Shown piece by piece: positions 52,086-64,000 of a DNA stretch of 64,000 nucleotides. Positions within the stretch are counted from its first letter, which is position 1. Every line of letters begins with the position of its first letter. A model generated the notes under the pieces. It had not been told where the DNA came from and did no database searches. It saw only the letters and a program-made list of their open reading frames with translations. This stretch comes from Octopus sinensis (taxonomy: Eukaryota), in the NCBI RefSeq assembly GCF_006345805.1, contig NC_043001.1, forward strand, positions 98,332,001-98,396,000, in the 5' to 3' direction. The position numbers were made by a program, and so were the translations under genes.

Positions 52086-52892
52086 TAAATAATATCTTAC
52101 CTTACCGGCTGACAGAGAGTACTTACGTGATTCCTTTTATAAGAAAGGAAGATAGATAGACAAGACAGACCTTTTATATTCCTCCCCAAGCGCACTTTGT
52201 AAACAAAAGGGTTTGAGTTTCGATTTAGCACATGCAACAGTTTCACGATACTTTCTATATTTTCCTAAGCGATTTGGTATTAAGCAGCAAATTTTCAGAG
52301 GCTTTTTTCAGAAACCGCAGATATACATCAAAACGAAAATATAATCTATAATATATTCTATATATATATAAGATATATATATTATATCGATATATATATA
52401 ATATATAACTAGTGGAGAGAGAGAGAGAGAGAGAGAGATAACACGAAAAGAAAAATACGTGGAAAGAGCGAAAGATAATTCTAACTAGATACAGGACATA
52501 CAAACCGCTACATATATAGGTATAAATTTACGTACAGACGTACACACATAAACACACAACTATACACACACACACACACACACACACTCACTCCTCATAC
52601 ATATACTCACTCATCATACACATTATTACAGTATATGAAAATTATAAAAATAGTATATGTTGTCAATTAGAAACTTGAATTCACGCAGAGCCTAAGGTGA
52701 AACAATATATATTGTACAACGTGACAGCACTAAGCAGCGATGTCTATAAAATGATAAATATGCTTGAGGCATATTCGAACTCGTAAGAAGACCATTCACT
52801 GTATTTTATCAGGGAGAAAATTTCGCGCTACAGACAAATAGGTGTGAAGACATTGAGTCAGTTCGCATCGCTGCCTAACCAGACTATTGGAT

Positions 52893-52927
52893 ACATGCAT
52901 TTCGGAGTGGTTATCTCCTCTTCAGCG
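52893..52927 (-). ncRNA. Partial hammerhead motif with no local stem I
   Basis: CTGAAGA-ggag-ataacca-ctcc-GAAA-tgca-T; stem I does not pair. Confidence 0.4.
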
Positions 52928-53051
52928 ACAGAAACCGAGAGTCTGATATTATATCAGTAATGACTATGTAATGACTATGGTTTAAATATGTTTTATTTGT
53001 TTGCCTCTCTCTCTCTATATATATATACACACATTCACTTACTCACACACA

Positions 53052-53083
<32 letters not shown>

Positions 53084-53653
53084 CACACACAGACACACAC
53101 AAAACGGATGTTGATAGCATAATTGTGTGAGTAATCAATACGTTGAGAAAAAATGAAATGATTTTTCAACGTAAGACGATTCCTTGTCATCGCCATAAAC
53201 GGTTTCTTGTTTGATGCTCGTTGTGTAATAGATATCTCTATATGACACTGACTTTTCCTTAATACACGTCAATTCTGAAGAAATCTTGATTCTTGAGATT
53301 GTTCACCTTTTAATTTCAGTCGCCATTGACCTTTACTTCTGCACTCTCTCAAATTCGAGATGGTCTCAGTTTTTATTCTTTTATTTTTAGATTTGTTTCC
53401 GTCATTTGACTGCGGCCATGCTGGAGCACCACCTCTAGTCGAACAAATCGATCCCCAGGGCTTATTCTTTGTAAGCCTAGTACTTACTTTATCGGTCTCT
53501 TTTGCAGAATCGCTAGCGTTACCAGAACGTAAACACACCAGCATCAGTTGTCAAGCGATGGTGGAGTGACAAACGCAGACACACAAGCATACACACTCGC
53601 AAACACATATATAAATACTTACATACATACATACATATATACACACACACATA

Positions 53654-53682
<29 letters not shown>

Positions 53683-53689
<7 letters not shown>

Positions 53690-54208
53690 TAGTAATCGCC
53701 AGACGAATATGGCAGTCCATAAATATAAGACTAAAGCTGTCGCTGATTAGCTCCAAGAGGCCATCGTCTCTAGGTAGCTATATGACACACGAACCTGCGT
53801 CCATTACAACCTTCGAGAGACTTAGTAATTTTAATATTTCTATTATTGAAAACAAGTGGATGTATTCCACTGTAACTAGGTAAATAAAATCTTCGAACAG
53901 ACGGTCGGTAGCGACACCTGCTGGATCTGACTACGCTGCATTGATAAAGGGCAACAACCCTGAAACAAGTCTGCAGATGTCTGACCAGCAAGGTAAAGCG
54001 GCTGACCTCCCCTGTTCGAAGGTTGTAATGGACGCAGGTTCGTGTGTCATATAGCTAGCTAGAGGCGATAGCCTCTTGGAGCTAATCAGCGACAACTTTA
54101 GTCTTATATTTATGGACTGCCATATTAGTTTGGCGATAACTATTAATATCCAGTAACGCTGCCGTAATCTCCTTTAGAGAGACTTAGTAATTTTAATATT
54201 TCTATTAT
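53683..54208. mobile_element. Penelope-like non-autonomous fold-back element
   Basis: 134-bp inverted arms 53683-53816 and 54016-54149; direct repeat gagagacttagtaattttaatatttctattat near 53815 and 54177; central hammerhead; (TA)n target. Confidence 0.75.
53936..53976 (+). ncRNA. Minimal type I hammerhead, U3-A8 variant
   Basis: ctgca-TTGATAA-aggg-caacaa-ccct-GAAAC-aa-GTC-tgcag. Confidence 0.75.
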
Positions 54209-54465
54209 ATATATATGTATATATATATACGACGGGCTTCTTTCAGTTTCCGTCTACCAAATCCACTCACAAGGCTTTGGTTGACCCGAGGCTATAGTAG
54301 AAGATACTTCCCCAATGTGCCACGCTGTGTTATTAGATAGATACTTCGTCTTTGTTGCTGAAATACATCCTTCTGGCCATTTCGAATTATTTCTCTTCTC
54401 ATAGTTTTGTTTCACGCGCGCGCAAACACACACTATTATTATTATCGTTATTATTATTATTATTT

Positions 54466-54496
<31 letters not shown>

Positions 54497-54543
54497 TTAA
54501 TAATAATATATAACTAATAATAATAATTAATAATAAAATAATA

Positions 54544-54586
<43 letters not shown>

Positions 54587-54932
54587 TAATAATTATTATT
54601 ATTTTATTATTATTATTTTATTATTTTGATAATGATGATGATATTGAGGCTATGAGGCGGTCGAATCATTTCTACGCTGGAGGATATGCTCAGCAGTATT
54701 TTCGCCCGTCGCTACGTTTTGAGTTCAAATTCCGCCGAGGTCGACTGCCCCATTCATCCTTTTGGGGTCGATAAATTAAGTACCAGTAAAACACTGGGAT
54801 CGATGTAATCGAGAAGTCCCCTACCCCAAATTTCAGGCCTCGTGCGTCAGTAGAAATGATTATTGTTGTTATCACTATTATTATTATTATTATTATTATA
54901 TTATTATTATTTATTATTATTATTATTATTAT

Positions 54933-55187
54933 GTGAACAAATTCTTTACATGTGGAATCATTGCCCTTGATACCGAGTCACAATCTGTTTTCTTAGGTAC
55001 CAGGAAGCTTTCTTACGATTCTTGCTGTTCTTGCTAGAGCAGAATTAATGCAATCCGCGTAATTACATCACTCTCAATAAGGGGAATGTTAAGTCCGTTG
55101 GCGACAGTACCTATGAGACCTATAAGAACAGGGACCACTTTTGTAAAAGGTCTCCGCAATCGTCATGTTTCCCTAGCTAAATCCTGC
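54933..55187 (-). mobile_element. 3' fragment of an R4/Dong-like (restriction-like endonuclease) LINE ending at (AAT)n
   Basis: Minus strand reads QDLARET*RL...TKVVPVLIGLIGTV and TARIVRKL, like REL-domain C-termini. Abuts an (ATT)n tract. Confidence 0.6.
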
Positions 55188-55227
55188 TATTTATTTATAC
55201 ACTTACACACATACATACATACATATA

Positions 55228-55638
55228 GGCGCAGGAGAGGCTGTGTGGTAAGTAGCTTGTTTACCAACCACATGGTTCCGGGTTCAGTCCCACTGCGTGG
55301 CAATGGGCAAGTGTCTTATACTATAGCTCGGCCGATCAAAGCCTTGTGAGTGGATTGTGGTAGACGGAAACTGAAAGAAGACGTCGTATAATATGTATAT
55401 ATATATAAATGTGTGTATCTGTGTTTGTGTGTCTGTGTTTGTCCCCCTAGCATTGCTTGACAACCGATGCTGGTGTGTTTATGTCCCCGTTACTTAGCGG
55501 TTCGGCAAAAGAGACCGATAGAATAAGTACTGGGCTTACAAAAGAATAAGTCCCGGGGTCGAGTTGCTCGATTAAAGGCGGTGCTCCAGCATGGCCGCAG
55601 TCAAATGACTGAAACAAGTAAAAGAGAGAGTAAAGAGT
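55228..55638 (+). mobile_element. Full-length SINE B
   Basis: tRNA-like head through CR1-like tail. Confidence 0.9.
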
Positions 55639-55891
55639 ATACATACATTCATACACTTGCTCGCATACTTATATGCAAGCATGCATGTATACATATATAC
55701 ATACATACATACATGCATACATACATATATACATACATACATGCATGCATGCATACATACATATACATGCATGCATGCATGCATACGTACATGCATACTT
55801 ACATTCATACATACATACATACTTACATACATACATGCATACGTACATGCATACATACATTCATACATACATACATACATACATACATACA

Positions 55892-55924
<33 letters not shown>

Positions 55925-56092
55925 GAAAGCAGGAGGTGAATTATAATTAATGCCATCACTTAATTGTTCTCTAAAACATGAGCAGAATTGATATGGCTTT
56001 TTTACTCTTTGTAGGGACTTAGACTCTTTTGCACAGATGTGGTAATTATAGATTGTGCCCCCTGATGAACAATCTTTTCCATATTCAAGTAA

Positions 56093-56142
<50 letters not shown>

Positions 56143-56443
56143 ATACACACATATACCAACACACACACATACACACACATATACACACGTAGACACAAAC
56201 ATAGACAAACACACACATAGACACACACACATACACACACAAACACACACAAGCACACACAAGCACACAGGCACACGCAAATACACAGACACACGCAGAC
56301 ACACACAAACACACACATATCCATACATACACAAACACACGCATGCACACACATAGACACACAAACAGACAAACGCACACATATAGACACACACATAGAA
56401 ACATACACATAGATACACACACATGCACACACAAGCACACACA

Positions 56444-56510
<67 letters not shown>

Positions 56511-56889
56511 ACAAGCCCCCTCACGTACGCAAATTATCTCGCCGCATTTCTTTCCACCTTCACGCTATAGTTTATACGTTTTCAGTTTTCCGTGTATTTG
56601 CTTCGTCCTCCCTTCCTTCGTGGGGGCCTGGTTTTTGTGTTGTTGGTAACGTAAATTATTAGTTTCTTTTTATTTTACTTTATGTTGGGTTTCGTTAAGA
56701 TATTCGTTGAAAGAATACAAATTGTTTAATTAATTAATATCCCAGACAATTACTAGAATGTTTAGCGAAATAAATCTGACAAGAATTTTTTTTCCTGTCT
56801 TATTAGAAATGCTTAATGATCGTGTGTATTCGTGAATATGAGTGTATGCGTATGTCTGTGTGTGTGTGTGTGTGAGTGTGTGTGTGTGT

Positions 56890-56931
<42 letters not shown>

Positions 56932-57254
56932 TTAGCTCTGCATTATCAATTCTGACGTCATTCTTTGTGAGTATAATTGACGAAATATAAAGAAAAAAAT
57001 AACATTAACGAAATTTCTTTCCTTCTGTTAGAAACATTTTTACCGGAAATATAATAAAGCGCGCAAAGCTATAGAAAAAAGAATGAAAGATCATAGTAAT
57101 AAAAAAAAAATAAATAAATGGATAATAGAGGCAGCTAACGGGTAACTGTACTAGTTCTAATCTGCATCTGTAAATGTCTGTAGACTAATTCATGTATTTA
57201 TTTTTAATCTCTTACTTGTTTCAGTCATTCAACTACGGCCGTGCTGGAGTACAA

Positions 57255-57896
57255 GAATGGTTCCTGTAAATTAATATGAAGTAGCGTAAGGAATGGCTTG
57301 GCCCCGGTAAACAAGCGACACCGCGCGTGAAAGAAGATCTTCATCCGCATAAAACGATGTTGTGCTTATGGTGGGACTGGGAAGGGATTACCTATTACGA
57401 ATTGCTTGAACGGAATCAAACAGTCAACGCGGAACTCTATGTTCAACAGTTGGAACGACTCAACACGGCTATTCAAGAGAAAAGACCTAATCGGCAGCAT
57501 GGAGTTCTGCTGCACGACAACGCCCGCCCTCATATCGCCAATATGACCAAGAAAGCCATTCAAACGCATGGCTGGTAAGTGTTGCTACACCCGACCTACT
57601 CTTCTGATTTAGCACCAACGGATTTCCACCTCTTTCGATTTCCTTCAAATGTTATGAGCGTAGTTTCGTTCAATACTGATGAAGAATTGAGAGCTTGGTT
57701 GGATCAATTTTTCGAGTCGAAATCAGGTGATTTCTACCAACGAGGTATTGAAAATGTTATTGAACGTTGGGAAGAAGTGGCAAACAACAAGGGTGAAGAC
57801 ATTATTGATTAATTAGTTGTTATTTTTTTTTTATTAAACCTTTAAAAAACTTAAATTAAAAAAAAAATAACGTCGGGAACTTAGTTGCCAACCCAA
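57255..57896 (+). mobile_element. Mariner (DD34D) transposon 3' half with in-frame stop
   Basis: KTMLCLWWD, TVNAELY, LLHDNARPH, HPTYSSDLAPTDFHLF, RWEEVANNKG. TIR-like aacttagttgccaacccaa followed by TA. Confidence 0.9.
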
Positions 57897-58280
57897 TACA
57901 AGCAGTTGAAGCTGAAGGTGGCTTTATTTAATTACGTTATAGAAAAGAAGGTTTAATATTTTTCCTCAGCATTTTTTGATAAAGTTATTTCATTTTATAT
58001 TTCTGTTTTTATTATTAAAATTTTTTTTTTATAAACCTAAATCTGTCCTGAAATATCTTACGCACCGTCTATCTTATGGTAAAATGTGTGAAAACACCCA
58101 CTTTTACAAATGTTTTGACTCCTTTTGCCATAAGAGGGGTATTTTCCCCACGGTAAATGCAGTGTGTTTGTCTTTTAGCAGTTGAAATATGTCAGACACA
58201 TACTTTAACTAACCAAAATTTTGCTCATGCCTGAACACTGCTTGACGCTAATATTTCTATAGATGTGTGTGTGTGTGTGT

Positions 58281-58311
<31 letters not shown>

Positions 58312-59179
58312 TGTGTGTGTGTTGTGTGTGTGTGTGTGTGTGTGTGTGTTTGTGTGTCTTTGTGTTTGTCCCCCCTGCTGACAACCGGTATTTGTTTGTT
58401 TATGTCACTGAAGCTTAGTGGACTGGCAAAAGAGACCGATAGAATAAAATAAGTGCCACACTTTAAATGTAATAAATTGTGGGATCGAGCTGCGGCAAAG
58501 TCCCGGCACGGCCGCAGTCTATTGACTGAAACGATAAGAGATAAAAGAAAAAAAAAAGGATCCCTTGCATGGAGATTACCTCTTACTATTAAACATTGTC
58601 ATTGGTACAAAATACCCATCTCAGAAGTGAGCGCGCATGATATATTCGAGAAGAATCTACCGCAGTAATTGATAATCTCGGAAAGATGAAAAACCCAGGT
58701 GGTAGCTGAAATTCAGAATGTAGAGACAAAAAAATATAAAGCATATTATTCGGTACTCTACGAATTCTTTATTGAACTATAAATAACGAAATCATCCTGT
58801 CACCTTTTGAGCGCTGTTGATTTATCAGTCAAAGATTTGACCGGATGGTGTGCAAAATATATCAACCGGGAATCGAAGCAATGTAGACAGACTCGGCTCA
58901 CTGTCAGTCTTAGTTTTTGTTCTTGTTGCCATAGGTTTCTATTTCAAAGTGAGTTGTTGAGAGACATTTGTGTCTATAGTATGACTCAATGGGTTATTAT
59001 TCATTCCAGTAAAAAATGTTATGATGATCAAAATAGTATAATATTGAGGCTGGCAGAAAATACCAGACAGGCAAATAATTATTAAATCATTTAATATTTT
59101 TCTTACAGACTGGACATTTTCCATCAACAATCGTATTCGATTTAGGCCAGCAAGTTTGAAAGGCAAGAGACTAATATCG

Positions 59180-60570
59180 ATATAATCTACCATAAGTTTT
59201 GAGTGGTACTTCAGCTTATCAACCCCGGAGGGACAAAAGGCAAAGCTGTCCTCGGTGAAATTTGAACTCAAAATTGTAAAGTGACGAAAGAAATACTGCA
59301 AAGCATTTTCCTGCCACTCCGACGATTATGCTACCTCGCTGGATTTTTAGATTGCCATCAATAAACGTTTCTGATTTAGAAATAAGGCTCGAAAATTTCA
59401 AGATTACTTTAATCTTTCAACACCGCAGGGATGAAATGCAAAACTAATCTTAGCGGGCTTTGAGCTCAAAAGCGTAATGAGACTGATAAAATATTTCAAA
59501 GCATTTTTCTGACCTTCCGATGGCTCTGACATCAATTGTTCTTTCTACTTAGGAATAGTGCCTGAAACGTTTTGGCGGGAAGGTTCTGGTCGATTACATC
59601 AAACCCAATTCTTGATTGCTACTTATTTTTATCGACTTCGAAAGGAGGGAAAGCAAAGTCGACCTCTGCGGAATTGGAACTCAGAAGTTAAAACCTGAAG
59701 AAATGCCGCTAAGCATTTTGTCCGGCGTCCTAACAAACGGATTAAGGTGATTATATCGACCTCAGTGCGTAACTGGTACTTATTTAATCGATCCCGAAGG
59801 ATGAAAGGCAAAGTCGACCTCGGAGGAATTTGAACTCAGAACATAGCGGCAGACGAAATACCGGTAAGCATTTCGCCCAACGTTCTAACGTTTCTGCCAG
59901 CTCGCCGCCACGAGCTAACAATTTTGCCAGGTTGTTACCTTTCTGCCATCAATAATATTTTCTGCTAAAGGTACTAAGTCTGAAATTTTAAGGGGAGGGG
60001 TCTGGTCGATTACTTCGACCCGAGCGTGTATCTTGTACTTATTTCATCGACCCCGAAAGGATGAAGAGCAAGTCGTTTTCGGCGGAATTATTACTGAGAA
60101 CGTAGAGGCAGAAGAAATGCCGTCGATCATTTTGCTTGACATGCCAACGATTCTTATTTCTTTACTGCCCACAAGAGGCTAAACACAGAGAGGACAAAGA
60201 AGGAGAGACAAACGGATTAAGTCGATTATATCGACCCCAGTGCGTAACTGGTACTTATTTAATCGACCCCGAAAGGATGAAAAGCAAAGTCGACCTCAGC
60301 GGAATTTGAACTCAGAACGTAACGGCAGACGAAATACCTATTTCTTTACAACCTACAAGGGGTTAAACACAGAGAGGGCAAACAAGGATAGACAAACGGA
60401 TTAAGTCGATTGTATCGACCCCAGTGCGTAACTGGTACTTATTTAATCGATCCCGAAAGGATGAAAGGCAAAATCGACCTCGGTGGAATTTGAACTCAGA
60501 ACATAAAGACAGACGAAATACTGCTAAGCATTTCGCCCGGCATGCTAACGGTTCTGCCAGCTCGTCGCCT
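59180..60570 (-). mobile_element. Cluster of about 7 SINE A units of differing divergence
   Basis: Repeated aaggcaaagtcgacctcggcggaatttgaactcagaac blocks. Confidence 0.8.
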
Positions 60571-60704
60571 GTCTGGCATCAAGAATGAAAAAAAAATGAC
60601 ATTGGATATAGGAGTCAATCGGAGGAAGAAAGGAAAAAAAATCACAGATATGAATATCGGAAAAATTCGTAAGATCAATGTAAATAATATTATCTTTTAT
60701 TTTT

Positions 60705-60949
60705 TTTTACTTGTTTCAGTCATTGGTCTACGGCCATGCTGGGGCACCTCCCTGAAGGGTTTTAGCTGACCTGGTCGACACCTTATTACATGTCTTTATA
60801 ATGTGTTACTTATTATATTAGTCCTTTTTGACGAAACACTAATTTACGGGGACAGAAAAAAGATAACACAGATCGTCAAGTAGTTGGGGTGGGGACAAAC
60901 ACAAACGCAATCATACACACACACATACACACACACACACGCACGCACA

Positions 60950-60987
<38 letters not shown>

Positions 60988-61135
60988 TTGGTTTCTGAGT
61001 TGTTTTCGTGTAACAAATTCACTCATACGTCTTCGGTCGGCTCCGAGACTATAGCACTAGACACTTGCACAGGGTTGCGCTCATTGGAACAGAAACCCGA
61101 AACCACGTGGTTAAAAGCGAGATCCTTAACCACAC
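60705..61135 (-). mobile_element. Diverged SINE B
   Basis: ttacttgtttcagtcatt..cggccatgctggggcacc and gactatagcactagacacttgc. Confidence 0.7.
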
Positions 61136-61524
61136 AACAATACTTGTACCTATAATTACTATAATTATTATAATTACTATAATTACTATAATTATTATAA
61201 TTACTATAATTATTATGCCAGCGTTCGCATCACAATTTAGACATTTCAAAAGTTTGCACAAGAAGACTACAAAGGAATGGATCACTACTATTTGTATGTA
61301 ACTTAAATAGACAAAAAGCAAAGATGAATCCGGTGAAATTTGAATATGAACATTGGTAAAGATTTGGATATGAGCACAGACATAGTTATGTGGTAAAGAA
61401 ACTTTTTTCGAGACTCCTTCTTTCAGGTTCGATTCTACTGAGTATTACGTTGCGCAAATGTCGTTTCTCTTAATATGGTATTAACTACCATCCTTCTTAG
61501 TGATATTTGATATAAGATTCAGGT

Positions 61525-61840
61525 GGTGAGATGGCAAAATCGTTAGCACGCCGGCATTCGGTGGGGATTTTGTTGTTTGACATTGTTTTTCTTTTTTCAA
61601 ATACGAAAGTCCTCACTGGATCTTGAACATTCGCCTGCTGCAGTCGCGCTGAGTAACTCACTTAGCGGTGAGAATTGTTTAGTGGTATTTCGTCCGTCTT
61701 CACGTTCTGAGTTCAAATTCGGCCGAGGTTGACTTTATCTTTCACCCCTCGGGTCGATAAGATAAGTACCTGTTGTACACTAGGGTCGATGTAATCGATT
61801 AGTCTCCTTCCTTGAACTTTCTGTCCTTGTGCCAAAGTTT
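61525..61840 (+). mobile_element. Diverged SINE A
   Basis: ggtatttcgtccgtcttcacgttctgagttcaaattcggccgaggttgactt. Confidence 0.7.
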
Positions 61841-62671
61841 GCAATCGATATTTGATATTAGATTATAACCGAAAGAATGCGATCGTGAATATAATCAGCC
61901 GAAATAGGATCCCTCCGAAGGGCCTCCGGAGTAACGTTACTCGGAAGGGTGCATTGCTCGGAAATCAGGGATTCTCTGCAGGTAGGTCAACTCGCTACAT
62001 TGACAGGTCACAGCCCTGACCAAGGACGAGCTGGTGGGATGATGTCCATAATCTCAGTTGGTTATCCTTGGGCACCACAGGATCCCATGAAAAAGATGTC
62101 TTAGGAGTCTACCCACCCCCCACGACCCTCTCACGAATAGTAATCAAAGAAGATGAATGGATGGTAGGTCATGAATAAGTTTACCTGACCAAGACAGACT
62201 TGATGTTGAACGATAGATGACAACCATAACTGAGAATCTTTAACTTTCTAGCGTTTTTAATAGAAATAATCGCATAGATAACGGTTTCAACAGGGACTCC
62301 AAACCATTTAAAACACTGGAAAGTCTGAGTTAGAAGCTTGACTAATACTTTTCTTCTCTGTGTTTGTCATGTATTTTTCTGTAAACATATATATGAAATA
62401 TTAGATGTTATTTAAATATTCGCAGTTCTCGGTAATACGGTTAAATGTGCCAGAAAAAAAGACGGGTTTTATAACATGTTTGTTACACACTTAATCGTCT
62501 AATATGTTAAATATCAAAGGGCACATGATTGTGAGCGATAAATAGCAGTATATATACATATACATACATATGTATGTATGTATGTATGTATGTTTGTATG
62601 AAAATATGTATGTATATATGTATGTGTGTGTGCATGTTTGTGCGTATATATATACATAGTACTTACATATA

Positions 62672-62782
<111 letters not shown>

Positions 62783-64000
62783 GCATATATAAAGGGAGAA
62801 AAAGACAGACACTTGGCGAGAGCAAGTGAGATGCAAAGAGTGATCAAGAGTGAGATTAAGAGAGAGGGAGAGATAGGAAATATTTTATCTTGAAGCTGAC
62901 CGTAAAAAGTAAGAAAAGGAAAATAATATAAAAGCAATTGACGTCTGAGAAGATTTTTTTCTCATGTTTCTTATAATTTATATTGATTTTAAAGATATCG
63001 TTGTCATGCGATTTTATGGTAAAATTATTTATGACACATCTGAGCTTAATGTTGTGCCAAGTAATTGCTTGTCATAGAATTGATTATCATAAGTTTTTAA
63101 CATTGGTTAAGAGGTTTGGGTTATAATGAAAGGAAGACCATGGTGAATCGAAACCGGCTCGGAAATTTCGATTGCCTAGAATGTATTTGGTGGCATTTTG
63201 TAACGTCTCACAAGTCCTTTGTGAATTCTCTTCCTAATGTCAGACCGAAAAGAGAGATACATATTTTTAACGCAAGATAAGTGTGTTAACCAATCTGAGA
63301 AAGCGATTCGACATCGAAAATATCTGGGATTATTCACGTTCGATGGACTAACAGAGATTCGTGAAACTAAATGCACTGCTAAATGTGTAAAGAAATACCT
63401 GCATCCGATTTTAGTTCAAGTCCTTTGAGGTAAAAGTTTATTCTTTAATCCACTCAAACTTATTGCTACTTTACCGATCAGCTTCGTGATAGACTTAAGG
63501 TTTATTATGACATCTGCACTTGTGATGTATCCGCTGTTGCAGATACTAACCTATCTTAGCTGCGTATCAGCAACATAAAATTATTCATACTCTGGTCACA
63601 GTCTCTCTTTTATCATTCCTTGAAGTTTATATGTTGTCTCTGCCTCCCCACAGAAATCATCTAACTACCACAATTTTATTGACATCATTTATCAAATATT
63701 ACAACTTTCTGGAGTCATCATTGTCCATGATTTTATTGCACGCAACACGTATCTTTCTCCTTTCATACGTAAACTGCACCGGTAGGATTAGATGGTCATT
63801 TCTCTTTGCTCGCCATTTCAATGCAGACATACCAACATTCCAAATTAAATGTTTAGGATCTTTTCGGTTTGACCGGCAGTTTATAACATAATTTCTAGGT
63901 AACTAAAAAAATTTAAACTTCGTATACTGGTAGAATGTGTTTATAAAACATCTTTTTCTCTTGGCTTTATTGAGAAAATTATATAGTTTGTAAGATATTT

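Larger units (their letters stand above)
53372..54328 (-). mobile_element. SINE B split at its internal (TA)n by a Penelope-like insertion
   Basis: 3' part at 53372-53590 and 5' part at 54230-54328. Confidence 0.8.

Overview
AT-rich, microsatellite-dense eukaryotic non-coding DNA. The repeat repertoire suggests a coleoid cephalopod, probably an octopus (inference from recalled repeat families, not a search). I find no convincing host protein-coding exon; almost all listed ORFs are microsatellite read-throughs. The window holds one near-full-length CR1-like LINE (minus strand, about 46.9-50.9 kb) whose ORF1 combines a Myb/SANT-like domain with a CCCH finger. It also holds 3' fragments of CR1-, RTE-, Tx1- and Dong/R4-like LINEs, two mariner relics, Tc1- and hAT-type MITEs, four non-autonomous Helitron-like elements and four tRNA-derived SINE families. 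The main hidden signal is RNA structure. Several type I hammerhead ribozyme folds sit in small elements at (TA)n tracts, some of them fold-backs (Penelope/retrozyme-like). Two diverged copies of another element (about 5.0 kb and 27.3 kb) carry all hammerhead core motifs with covarying stems but in a non-circularly permuted order. Two SINE families share their 3' tails with LINEs in the same window.
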